A DNA stretch of 32,000 bases from Candidatus Saccharimonadota bacterium (GTDB lineage: Bacteria; Patescibacteriota; Gracilibacteria; BD1-5; UBA6164), in NCBI GenBank assembly GCA_963677765.1, contig OY782392.1, forward strand, positions 1 to 32,000, in the 5' to 3' direction. The notes beneath the pieces were generated by a model that worked only from the letters and a program-made list of their open reading frames with translations, searched no databases and was not told the origin of the DNA. Shown one piece after another: positions 11,727 to 20,828 of this stretch (its first letter is position 1; each line of letters begins with the position of its first letter). Position numbers and translations under genes: made by a program.

Positions 11727-12389
11727 TTAAATATTAATTCTATATCACTCTCATCTAATAGTTAAAATTAAATCTTTTCAATCTAATTTTTTTCTTAAAT
11801 TTTTTATATGAGTATCAATTGTTCTATCGTAAATATAATTATCGTATCATATTATATCTCTCATAATAGTTTCTCTTGAAACTATTCATCAATTTTCATT
11901 TAATAATTTTTTTAATATTTCAAATTCATTTGATGTTAAAGTAATATTTTTTCAATCTTTTGATGCTATTTTTTTAGACTCATCAAGAGTAATATTTAAA
12001 ACACTATCAGATTTATCATCATCTTGTTCAGGAATTCTTCTTATAATAGTATTTATTCTAGCTAGTAATTCTCTAGGAGAAAAAGGTTTTGCTATATAGT
12101 CGTCTGCTCAAATTTCTAGTCAGTTAATTCTATCTAATTCACTTGATCTAGCTGTTAGCATTATAATTGGAGTTGAACTAGTTTTCCTATATTCTTTAGT
12201 TATTTCAATTCAATCCATTCAAGGTAAATTTATATCTAAAATTATTATATCTGGCTTGATTTTATTTATAAATTCAATAGCATTAGTTCACTCATGATAT
12301 AAATAAACTTCAAAATTTGAGTTTTCTAAATATAATTTAAGTGAAGTAGATATTCATTTATCATCTTCAATTATTAGTATTTTTCTCAT
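11727..12389 (-). CDS. OmpR/PhoB-family response regulator
   Basis: ATG (complement of 12387-12389) to TAA (complement of 11727-11729), 220 aa. Receiver domain [10 protein letters not shown]...[12 protein letters not shown]...[17 protein letters not shown] and a C-terminal winged helix ([12 protein letters not shown]...[14 protein letters not shown]...IRGEGYRI). Confidence 0.85.
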
Positions 12390-12529
12390 CCTTATTTACA
12401 TTTTTAAAAAGTATTTATTTATATAAATATACTTTTATATATTTTTTTTTCAAATTAAATTTGCATTTTAGAAAAAAATTTATAAAATCCACGAGTAATT
12501 TTTAAATTTATTTTTTAACTTATAGAAAA

Positions 12530-12739
12530 ATGGCTTTCTGACCAAAGAAAAAACATTCAAAATCTAGATCTAGAACAAGAACTACAAATTGGATAAAATT
12601 AACTGCTTTAAAATTAAAAAATAGAGTTATGTTAAATAAAGAATCTACTGGTTTATCACATATGGTTGATGAAAACGGTATGTATAATGGTAGAGAAGTT
12701 GTTGCTAAAAAATCTAGCAAAAAAACAACTAGAATATAA
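12530..12739 (+). CDS. rpmF: 50S ribosomal protein L32
   Basis: ATG at 12530, TAA at 12737-12739, 69 aa. The N-terminus MAFGPKKKHSKSRSRTRTTNW matches the L32 pattern (MAVPKRKTSKSRRDKRR...). The track ORF on the opposite strand is a shadow. Confidence 0.7.
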
Positions 12740-12757
12740 TAACATAAAATATTTAAT

Positions 12758-12795
12758 AACATAGATAGATAGAATTTTTATCTATGTTATTTTTT
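12758..12795 (+). terminator. intrinsic terminator after rpmF
   Basis: AACATAGATA (12758-12767) pairs with TATCTATGTT (12779-12788), then ATTTTTT. Confidence 0.65.
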
Positions 12796-12817
12796 GTATC
12801 TATAATTGCTCCTTAAA

Positions 12818-13360
12818 ATGAACTCTCAAACAATAAAAGATCTAAATGATAAATCTTGAGATTTAACTACGAAAAAAAATGAAACTAACAAATCAAATCG
12901 TAAAAAAACAAGAAAAATATTATATCAAGAATTATATGCTTCTACTTTTTTATTAAACGATAAGAAAGATTTTTATGAATCATTTTTTGATAATGTTTTT
13001 TCATTCAATAGAGATGAAAAATATCTAGAAGAAATTGTTAGTAAAATAAAATATTATGAATATTTCTTTATATACGTTATAAAAAAATATTCACCAAAAT
13101 TTGATTTTGAAAAAATGAATGTAATAAATATAATACCTATTTATATCGCATTAGCTGAAATGTTTTATTTAGATGAAGAAATTCCTGCGAAAGTATCTAT
13201 AAATGAAGCTGTTGAAGTAGCTAAAGTTTATTGAGATAATTCTGCAAAAAAGATTGTTAATTGAGTTCTAAACAAAGTATTAGAAGACCATGATGAACTT
13301 GATAAAATTAAAGATACTATATCTAAAGAAGATTTTACATATTCAATATTTAAAAAATAG
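12818..13360 (+). CDS. nusB: transcription antitermination factor NusB
   Basis: ATG at 12818, TAG at 13358-13360, 180 aa. C-terminal INEAVEVAKVYGDNSAKKIVNGVLNKV is the classic NusB signature region. Confidence 0.8.
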
Positions 13361-13382
13361 CCATTAAAATGGCTATTTTTTT
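13355..13382 (+). terminator. intrinsic terminator after nusB
   Basis: AAATAGCCATT pairs with AATGGCTATTT around 13355-13378, followed by a T-run. Confidence 0.6.
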
Positions 13383-13428
13383 CTTTACTTTTTTTACAAA
13401 AAAAGTAATCTATTATAGAAAAAATAAG

Positions 13429-13472
13429 AAATTAGAAAATTAAAAAATTAATTTTCTAATTTGTTGTTTTTT
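13429..13472 (+). promoter_or_regulatory. perfect 14-bp stem hairpin plus T-tract, 24 nt upstream of the rnc start
   Basis: AAATTAGAAAATTA (13429-13442), 6-nt loop, TAATTTTCTAATTT (13449-13462), then GTTGTTTTTT. Either a second terminator or a structured rnc leader. Confidence 0.45.
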
Positions 13473-13495
13473 ATTTATAAATTTAAATAAAAAGT

Positions 13496-14230
13496 ATGGT
13501 AATAGTTAAAAAAGCTATTGAAAATGAAATAGAAATAAAAAAAATTTCAGAACTACTAAAATCATTGAATATTGAAGCAAATAATATATCATATTATATT
13601 TTAGCCTTTATACATAGATCAATTGTAAATGAAAGACCAGATTTTGCTCCAGAGCATAATGAAAGACTTGAATTTTTATGAGATGCTGTATTAGAATTAG
13701 TAATAACTGATAATTTATATAATGATTATCCTGATAAACCAGAATGAGAATTAACAGATATTAGAAGTGCTGTAGTTAGATGAAGAAACTTATCTCAAAT
13801 CGCAAGAAAACTAAATTTTTCAAAATATTTATTATTATGAAAATGAGAAGAAAAATGATGATGAAGAGAAAGTGATTACTTATTAGCAAATGTTACAGAA
13901 GCTCTTATATGAGCAATATATAAAGACTTATGATGGGAATATGCAAAAAAATTTATAAATATATATATATATCCTACAGCTAAAGAAATAGTAGAATTTA
14001 ATTTATTAAAAGACTTCAAAACTTCTATACAAGAATATGCACAAGCTCATTTTGAAGTAACACCAATTTACAAGGTATTGTCTGAAGAATGACTTGATCA
14101 CGATAAAACATTTACTGTATGAATATATTTTTGAGAAAGGTTAATGTGAGAATGAATATGATCGAGTAAAAAAAAGGCACAAGAAAAAGCAGCAGAAAAT
14201 GCTTATTTAGATTTAATTAAAAAAAATTAA
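13496..14230 (+). CDS. rnc: ribonuclease III
   Basis: Track ORF 13496-13681 stops at a TGA that is the Gly of the RNase III signature ERLEFL-G-DAVLEL. Continues to TAA at 14228-14230, 244 aa. The C-terminal dsRBD-like region ends ...SSKKKAQEKAAENAY. Confidence 0.9.
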
Positions 14231-14231
14231 T

Positions 14232-14525
14232 ATGACAACTATTTTAATATCAATATTACTTTTAACAGATATAATAACATATATAGTATTTTTTGATGTT
14301 ATATTATCATGGTTAATGTTATTTTGATTGAAAGCAAGACCAAAATTTATAGCTGATATACTTGATCCAATGTATATAAAAATAAAAGATACAATCCCTA
14401 CAACAATAGGACCTCTTGATCTAACACCTATTATTATTATATTTTTAATGATGATAATTCAATGATTTGTTGTAGCTTATGAACCTAGTATAGCTGCATA
14501 TTATAGAGATTTAATAAGTTTTTAA
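14232..14525 (+). CDS. YggT-family small membrane protein
   Basis: ATG at 14232, TAA at 14523-14525, 97 aa. FFDVILSWL...RPKF...DPMY...PLDLTPIII fits the YGGT repeat. Confidence 0.6.
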
Positions 14526-14536
14526 TAAAAAAATTA

Positions 14537-15751
14537 ATGAAAAAAGATATAGATTATAAATTATTTTTTAGTGTAATAATACTTATTGTTCTATGAATGG
14601 TTATGGTATCATCTGTATCTGTTTATTGATCATTTAGAGTTACAGATGCTATGGCAAAAGCATGAAGAATAGATGAAGCTTATAATTATTTTTATGTTAT
14701 TAGAAATATCTCACATATATTATTAGCATGAATAATTTTAAGCTTTTTAGTTAAACTTAAATATAGTTTTTTTGAAAAACATGCAAAAACAATATTCTGA
14801 CTAAATATAGTACTATTAATAGCTGTTTTATTTATATGAACAGAGTTAAAATGAGCTACATGATGGATAAAACTACCCTGAATACCTTTTACAATACAAC
14901 CAGCAGAATTTTGAAAATTTTCACTAATAATTATATTAGCATATTTTTTAAAAAGGTATCATGCTTACTTATGAGATTTTAAAAAATGATTTTTACCATT
15001 TTTTTGAATAGTTGGTATCATATTATGATTACTTGCATTACAGCCTGATTTTTGAATGATATTAGTAACTTTACCTATTGCAGTAATCATGTATTTTTAT
15101 GCATGAATGAATATAAAGCACTTAATGGTTACAATATTGATATGACTAACTATAGTAATGTGAGCTTATAGTTTATGAAAATATGACAAAACAATACCAG
15201 AAGATAGAAAAAAATTATCATATATAACTGATAGAATTGATAATTTTTTATCAGATAATGAAGATGCAATAAAAAATAAGACAATTAACTACCAAACAGA
15301 ACAATGATTAATAGCTATATGAAGCTGATGATTTACAGGTAGATGATTTTGATGATCAATACAAAAATTTTGATATTTACCAGAAGTACAATGAGATTTT
15401 ATATTTGCAGTATTGGTAGAAGAATTAGGTTTTATATGATGACTATGATTATTACTTATATATATGTATATATGATATAGATGATTATATATAGCAAATA
15501 GAGTAAAAGATAAATTTTGAAAATATGTTGCTGTATGAGTATCTTCACGGATATTATTCCAAGCATCTGTAAATATATGAGTAAATTTAAATATAATACC
15601 TTTAACATGAGTAACACTTCCTTTTATTAGTTACGGTTGATCATCATTACTATCTCTAATAATTTGATTATGAGTATTATTATCTATATCAAGAGATGTT
15701 GAAGATACATGAAACTTTTCAAGAGTAAATAAAAATAAAATAATGTTTTAA
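14537..15751 (+). CDS. ftsW: SEDS-family peptidoglycan polymerase (FtsW/RodA)
   Basis: ATG at 14537, TAA at 15749-15751, 404 aa. IQPAEFGKFSLII, LQPDFGM, IGSGGFTGRGFGGS, LPEVQGDFIFAVLVEELGF and LPFISYGGSSLL are SEDS signatures, many with TGA at Gly. Confidence 0.8.
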
Positions 15752-15759
15752 TAAGAATT

Positions 15760-16959
15760 ATGACAAACAAAGAAAATACTTTAACTCCAGCAATGCAACA
15801 ATATTACGAATTAAAAGAACAAAATAATGATTGTATTTTGTTCTTTAGAATGTGAGATTTCTATGAAATGTTTGATGATGATGCAATTATTGCAAATAAG
15901 GTATTATGAATTGCTGTTACTTCAAGAAATAAAAATGCTATAAAATCAACTCCTTTAGCATGAATACCATATCATGCTAAAGAAAAATATCTTCCTTTAC
16001 TAATAGAAGCATGATATAAAGTAGCAATAGCTGAACAAGTAAGTGACCCAAAATTAAAATGAATTGTAAAAAGAGAAGTAGTTAGAGTTATTACACCTTC
16101 TACTATATGATTAGAAGGTGAAAATTATGATAATAATAATTCTTGCATTATTTCAATAACATTTAACAAAAAATATTGAATTAGTATATTAAATATATGA
16201 GAAAATAAATGGTATACTAATGAATTTGATAACTTTAAGGATTTACAATCAGAAATAATAAAATTAAATCCAAATGAAGTTATACTAGATAAAATATTAT
16301 TTAATAATGTTGAAATAAAAGAAACCTTAGAAAAAAAATATTCTTTAAATATATATTTTTATTCTGAAAATAAAGATTCTTACAAAAATTTAACTAATCA
16401 TTTTTGAACAAAAAACCTTGAAGCATTTTGAATTCAAGAATTAAAAGAGGCACAAAATGCTTCATCATTATTACTAAGTTATCTTGAAAACTCTCAAAAA
16501 ACAAAATTAAATTTTTTGGATAAAATATGAATATATAATACTTCTAATTTTTTATCATTAGATGAATCTACAATAAAAAATCTTGACTTAGTATTTAATA
16601 TAGCTACAAAGTCATCGAAAAACTGAACACTATTTTGATTACTTAATGACACTAAAACTAGCTGATGATCGAGGTTTATGTATAATTCTATTTTAAATCC
16701 TTTAAAAAATATCTCAGAAATAAAAGCTAGACAAGAATTCATAGAAGAATTTATATCTAACAAAATATTACTTGATAAAGTAAGAACTGAATTAGGGACA
16801 ATATCAAATATAGATTGAATATTAAACAGAATAGCATTAAATAGAACAAGTCCTAGAGATTTAATAAATCTAAAAAATTCCCTTAAATCTATTGTAAATA
16901 TTATTGATATAATTAATAATTCTGATTCTACTAAACTTAAAAAATTAATAAGACAATAA
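15760..16959 (+). CDS. mutS: MutS N-terminal fragment (mismatch-binding, connector and part of core domain); ATPase half absent
   Basis: ATG at 15760, TAA at 16957-16959, 399 aa. [62 protein letters not shown] and LNDTKTSGGSRF match MutS domains I-III. The ORF ends where domains IV-V would follow and holA starts at once. Confidence 0.7.
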
Positions 16960-17894
16960 TGAAGTATCTTTTTACATGAAACTCTAGCTATCTAGTAAAA
17001 CAAGCTACAAAAAAACGGAAAAATCAATTCATAGAAAAATACTGAGATTTTAATTTAATTAATATTGATGATATTGATAATTATGATAATAATTATTTAG
17101 CAGAGTCACTTTTTACAGCCAGCTTCTTATCAGAAAAAAAATTGGTATCAATTGAAATAGATACTACAATAAACGAAGATAAAGCAAATTTTTTAATAAA
17201 TAATCTAGATAAAATAGTAGAGTCTACTATCTTACTTATATCATTTATAAATCCAGATAAAAGATCTAAGTTATATAAAATATTATCAAAAGAATTTGAA
17301 AAGAAAGAATTTAATATTGAAAATGAAAATGATATTTATTCTTTACTAACAAATAAATATAAAGATCAAATATCTGATTGAGCGAAAAAATTAATAATAA
17401 AATATAAGAGTAATAATCTAGATAAAATAAACAGTGAAATAGAAAAATTACTAATTACAAATAATTTTATTGAAGAAAAAGTTATTACTGATAATATAGA
17501 GCCTGAATTAGAAGAAAGTATTTTTATAATAATTGATGATATCTTGAATATAAATATAAATTCTGCTATCAACAAAATAAATAATTTACTAAATTATACT
17601 AATATCTATGCATTTTATAATAATTTATTAGCAAATATAAGAATTAATGTATTTATTTCAAAGTATAAAAATTTATGAGTAAATAATAATGAAATTTGAG
17701 ATATTTTAAACCTTTGAAATAGGTCTTTTCTTATAAATAAGAGCTATAAAATAAACAATAAAAAACTAGAAAAATTATATTTAGAGTTAGTTGAAATAGA
17801 TAAAAATATGAAATCATGAAAATTAATGTGAAGTGATGATAAAGATATACTATTTGAAATAGAAAAATCATTAATAAAAATAAGAGAAACTTAA
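16959..17894 (+). CDS. holA: DNA polymerase III delta subunit (HolA-like)
   Basis: ATG at 16959 overlaps the mutS stop (TAATG); TAA at 17892-17894; 311 aa. N-terminus YLFTGNSSYLVKQ..., with length and helical C-terminal half consistent with HolA. Includes track ORF 17142-17381. Confidence 0.55.
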
Positions 17895-17917
17895 TATAAA
17901 GTTTCTCTTATTTGTTT
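17881..17917. terminator. bidirectional intrinsic terminator between holA and the Cys-rich ORF
   Basis: TAAGAGAAAC (17881-17890), 10-nt loop, GTTTCTCTTA (17901-17910), then a T-rich tail. Both convergent stop codons lie in or next to the hairpin. Confidence 0.6.
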
Positions 17918-18126
17918 AATATATCATCTACATTAGTTTTAGTATTATCAATTTCTTTTATACATTTAATACAAGGGCTAATTCATTGAGATCTTAATAA
18001 ATCCTTTTTATCTCTATTTATTTTTCAATTTTCATTTATAATATTTCATTCACTTGCTTCTATAGAAAATAATTTATCAATATTCTTCATAGGACAAGAA
18101 TTACCACATCAGTTACATCCAGACAT
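17908..18126 (-). CDS. small Cys-rich protein (CxxCxxxC at the N-terminus, CxxC near the C-terminus), last gene of the NAS-like operon
   Basis: ATG (complement of 18124-18126) to TAA (complement of 17908-17910), 72 aa. Sequence MSGCNGCGNSCPMKNIDKLFSIEASEGNIINENGKINRDKKDLLRSQGISPCIKCIKEIDNTKTNVDDILNK. Starts 22 nt downstream of the upstream ATPase stop. Confidence 0.5.
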
Positions 18127-18148
18127 AATATATAAGTTAGTAATTAAA

Positions 18149-19027
18149 TTATTTCAAAAAATTATTTTTTATCTTATCTAGATTATCAATTCTATTATAT
18201 ATATAGTCAATATCTTTTCTTGTATTTTCATTAAAGTCATAAATATATTTAACTATATTATCAGTAACAATATTTAATCAATCTATTTTATTATCTGTTA
18301 AATTATTATCAGAATCAATTTCGTATAATTCATCACTATAAGGCATTCAATTAATAATATTATAATCAGTAAATTCTTTTTTAATAAAATCTAAATCATT
18401 ATTAGATAAATATTTATTAGTAATAATACATATTTCTTCTTTTTTAAATCAAGTTAATTCTAATCCTCTTAATATTTGTCTAGTTACCTTTAAATTTTTA
18501 AAATTAGCATCAGTTACAACAAATATCAAATCAAAACTCATTATTGTAGCACGTGATATCATTTCAACTCAAGCAGCTAAATCTGCAATTAAATATTGAT
18601 TTTGATCAAGATTAATATGATTAATAAAAACTTTAGACATTTCATAATAATCACACATACTTTCAATTCATCTTTTATCATCATCTATAAATCATAAACT
18701 CATGACTTTTATATTATTATTACTAATAGAATGTTCATTTATAAATTTATTATTGTAATCATAAAATCAATCTGTAGATTTAGGTAAATAAACTCTATTT
18801 TCCCAATCAGTCATAGTAGTACTTCATGTATAAGTCATTACTTCTTCTTTTTTTTGTCAAAAAGAAATTAAATCAGAAGAGTTTTTAAATCATAGAGCAT
18901 TAGCTAAGTTAACATTGGAATCTAAATCAAGAGCTAAAATACTGTTATCTCTAGAAACCTTATCAATAACTATAGAGCTTAGAGTAGTTTTTCATGCTCA
19001 TCATTTTCAAGCAAAGGCAATTTTCAT
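18149..19027 (-). CDS. CooC-class (COG3640-like) SIMIBI P-loop ATPase, paralog B
   Basis: ATG (complement of 19025-19027) to TAA (complement of 18149-18151), 292 aa. N-terminal deviant Walker A MKIAFAGKGGAGKTTL with all four Gly encoded by TGA (18983-19009), ALDLDSNVNLANALGF, switch II LIADLAAGVEMISR, VVTDANFKNL, ITNKY. The CooC Cys-x-Cys position reads S-M-C (IESMCDYYE). Confidence 0.7.
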
Positions 19028-19044
19028 AAAAAAATTATTAGGTA

Positions 19045-19917
19045 TTAATGACACTTTTTATCTCATTTTAATTTATCAAGATTGTTTAATCTATCAAAAA
19101 CAGATTTCTTATCAGACTTCATTTTTAATATATTATCTGCTATTTTATTAAATGAATTTACTATTTCACTATCTAATAATGAAATATTTATATCTCATTC
19201 AATATCCATTTTCATAATATCAATTGAGAAGGGAATAAATCATATAATATTAATTTCTTCTCAAAAATATTTTTTTATATAATCTAAATCAGAACTTTTT
19301 TTGTACTTATTGACTATAAAATAAACATTTTTAAAATTTATAAGTTTTAATGTCTTATATATATCTTTAGCAACATCTAAATTTTTTGAATTAGGTTCTA
19401 ATGGTATTATAATATTATCAACACTTGATATTATTCACTTATTAACAGCTTCTGCTCATGCAGCAAAATCAACCCAGACTATTTCATTATCTAAATCATC
19501 TAAATTTGATAAATAAACTTTAATTGTTTCATTATAAGGACACATTCATGTAACTCATACTCTGGCTTTTCTTGGTTCTCATAATTGAATTAAATCACAA
19601 TTATTATTTCAAATATAAGCAACTTTAGAATATATATCATCACTATTATTTGTTCTAAAAATTCTATTATTATCTTTTGGAGAATATTTTCTATCATATT
19701 CACTATTTGCTACTCATGTTTTATCAAAAATATCAGACTTTAAATCTCATAATTCAAGTTTTTCATCATATGAACTAAATCATAAATAATCAATTAAATT
19801 TTTATTACTATCAGCATCTATTGCAATAATTTTTCTTTGTTTTGATAATATTTTAATCAATCAAACACTTAAAGTTGTTTTTCATGCTCATCATTTTCAA
19901 ACTATAGCTATTTTCAT
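19045..19917 (-). CDS. CooC-class (COG3640-like) SIMIBI P-loop ATPase, paralog A
   Basis: ATG (complement of 19915-19917) to TAA (complement of 19045-19047), 290 aa. MKIAIVGKGGAGKTTL (19873-19899, Gly=TGA), AIDADSNKNLIDYLGF, GVTGMCPYNE at the CooC CxCPEN position, VWVDFAAGAEAVNKG, IIPLEPNSKNLDVAKDI, IVNKY. Confidence 0.7.
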
Positions 19918-20669
19918 ATTTGTTTTTTAGTTGATAAAATAAAAGAATTAACAATATCATTCTTAGGATGAATAATTGATTTTATATCAAAATAATTTTT
20001 ATATAAATTAATATCTATAGGTCTATATAATAACTTTCTTGTTCAGTCACTTGTTCTTGAAAGTACTAATCAAAAATTAATTTTATTGATATTTTTTAAT
20101 ATAGAATCAATATCATTAGATAAAAAAACTAAACTAGCTATAAAACAAACATCATAATTAAAGTTATCTTTATAATATAATGCATCAGATTTTTTTATAC
20201 TAATCATATCATTTAGTCATAAAACACTTATTAGTTTTTTTGATAATTCTATAGCTTCATCATTATTATCTATTATAGTAGATTTAACTCAATACTTTCT
20301 TGCCAAGATAATAGAACTCAAAGGCAAAGGTCATCATCAAATAAATAATATATTCTTTATATCATCATTAAAATATGATATATTTAAATATTCTAACTTT
20401 GTTAAATTGAAATAATTATCATAATAGGGAAATCTAACTAATTCATCATTAGGATTATCAGAAGATGAAATAATATTTGAATAATATTTTTCTAACTCGT
20501 ATTCAGCTTCAGCACAATTTTTATTTATAAAATCAATTTTATCTGAATTATTTATATTTAAATCATTATTTATTGAATAACAACATAATTCAGAAAAAAA
20601 ATCATTAACCTTTGGTGATGGAGATAAATCATCTAAGGACTTTAATTTATCAAAAAAATATTCTATCAT
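19908..20669 (-). CDS. nicotianamine synthase-like (NAS/CntL-family) aminocarboxypropyltransferase
   Basis: ATG at 20669 (in-frame TTG at 20675 is the track start) to TAG (complement of 19908-19910), ~253 aa. Overlaps the downstream ATPase start by 10 nt. LSPSPKVNDFFSELC, CAEAEYELEKYYS, NPNDELVRFPYYDNYFNLTKLEY, ILFIGGGPLPLSSIILA, YDVCFIASLV, VLSRTSDGTRKLLYRPID and HPKNDIVNSFI track the plant/archaeal NAS consensus block for block. Confidence 0.75.
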
Positions 20670-20702
20670 TAACAAGTAATATACTAAGTAAAAATTTTAA
20701 TG

Positions 20703-20730
20703 ATAGTATTAAAAAAGTTATATATGTCAA
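20703..20730 (-). promoter_or_regulatory. candidate sigma70-type promoter of the NAS-like operon
   Basis: On the minus strand: TTGACA (complement of 20725-20730), 16-nt spacer, TACTAT (complement of 20703-20708), ~30 nt upstream of the ATG at 20669. Confidence 0.4.
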
Positions 20731-20769
20731 ACTTATTTATTATTAATATAATAATATAGTTAAAAAATA

Positions 20770-20801
20770 TTGATAATCTAAATAAATATTATATAATATT
20801 T
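20770..20801 (+). promoter_or_regulatory. candidate promoter of the DtxR-like gene, overlapped by an 18-bp perfect palindrome (possible operator)
   Basis: TTGATA (20770-20775), 16-nt spacer, TATAAT (20792-20797). The palindrome AAATATTAT|ATAATATTT spans 20784-20801 across the -10 element. Confidence 0.35.
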
Positions 20802-20828
20802 AATAATAATATATAATATATAGTATAT

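Noticed and set aside
12406-12436. AAAAGTAT...ATACTTTT 8-bp-arm inverted repeat upstream of the response-regulator gene as an autoregulatory operator
   Set aside because: The arms are short with a 14-nt AT-only spacer, so chance occurrence at this composition is high. OmpR-family sites are usually direct repeats.
15760-17894. MutS truncation explained by a simple frameshift, with the C-terminal half continuing in another frame
   Set aside because: The sequence immediately downstream translates in a single frame as a HolA-like protein. No MutS clamp or ATPase motifs appear in any frame of 16959-17894 or elsewhere in the window.
18127-18151. Possible fusion of CooC-like paralog B with the Cys-rich ORF into one protein
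   Set aside because: My first hand translation seemed to read through. A coordinate-by-coordinate check shows ...NNFLK followed by TAA at 18149-18151, and the downstream ATG (18126) is in a different frame (offset 901 nt from the upstream start).
16494-19282. Track ORFs 16494-16763 (-), 17366-17575 (-), 18915-19151 (+) and 19082-19282 (+)
   Set aside because: They are antisense to mutS, holA and the CooC-like genes respectively, and no family resemblance is seen. The same reasoning applies to 3016-3198 (-), 5266-5505 (+), 12520-12762 (-, opposite rpmF), 24270-24500 (-) and 29195-29440 (+).
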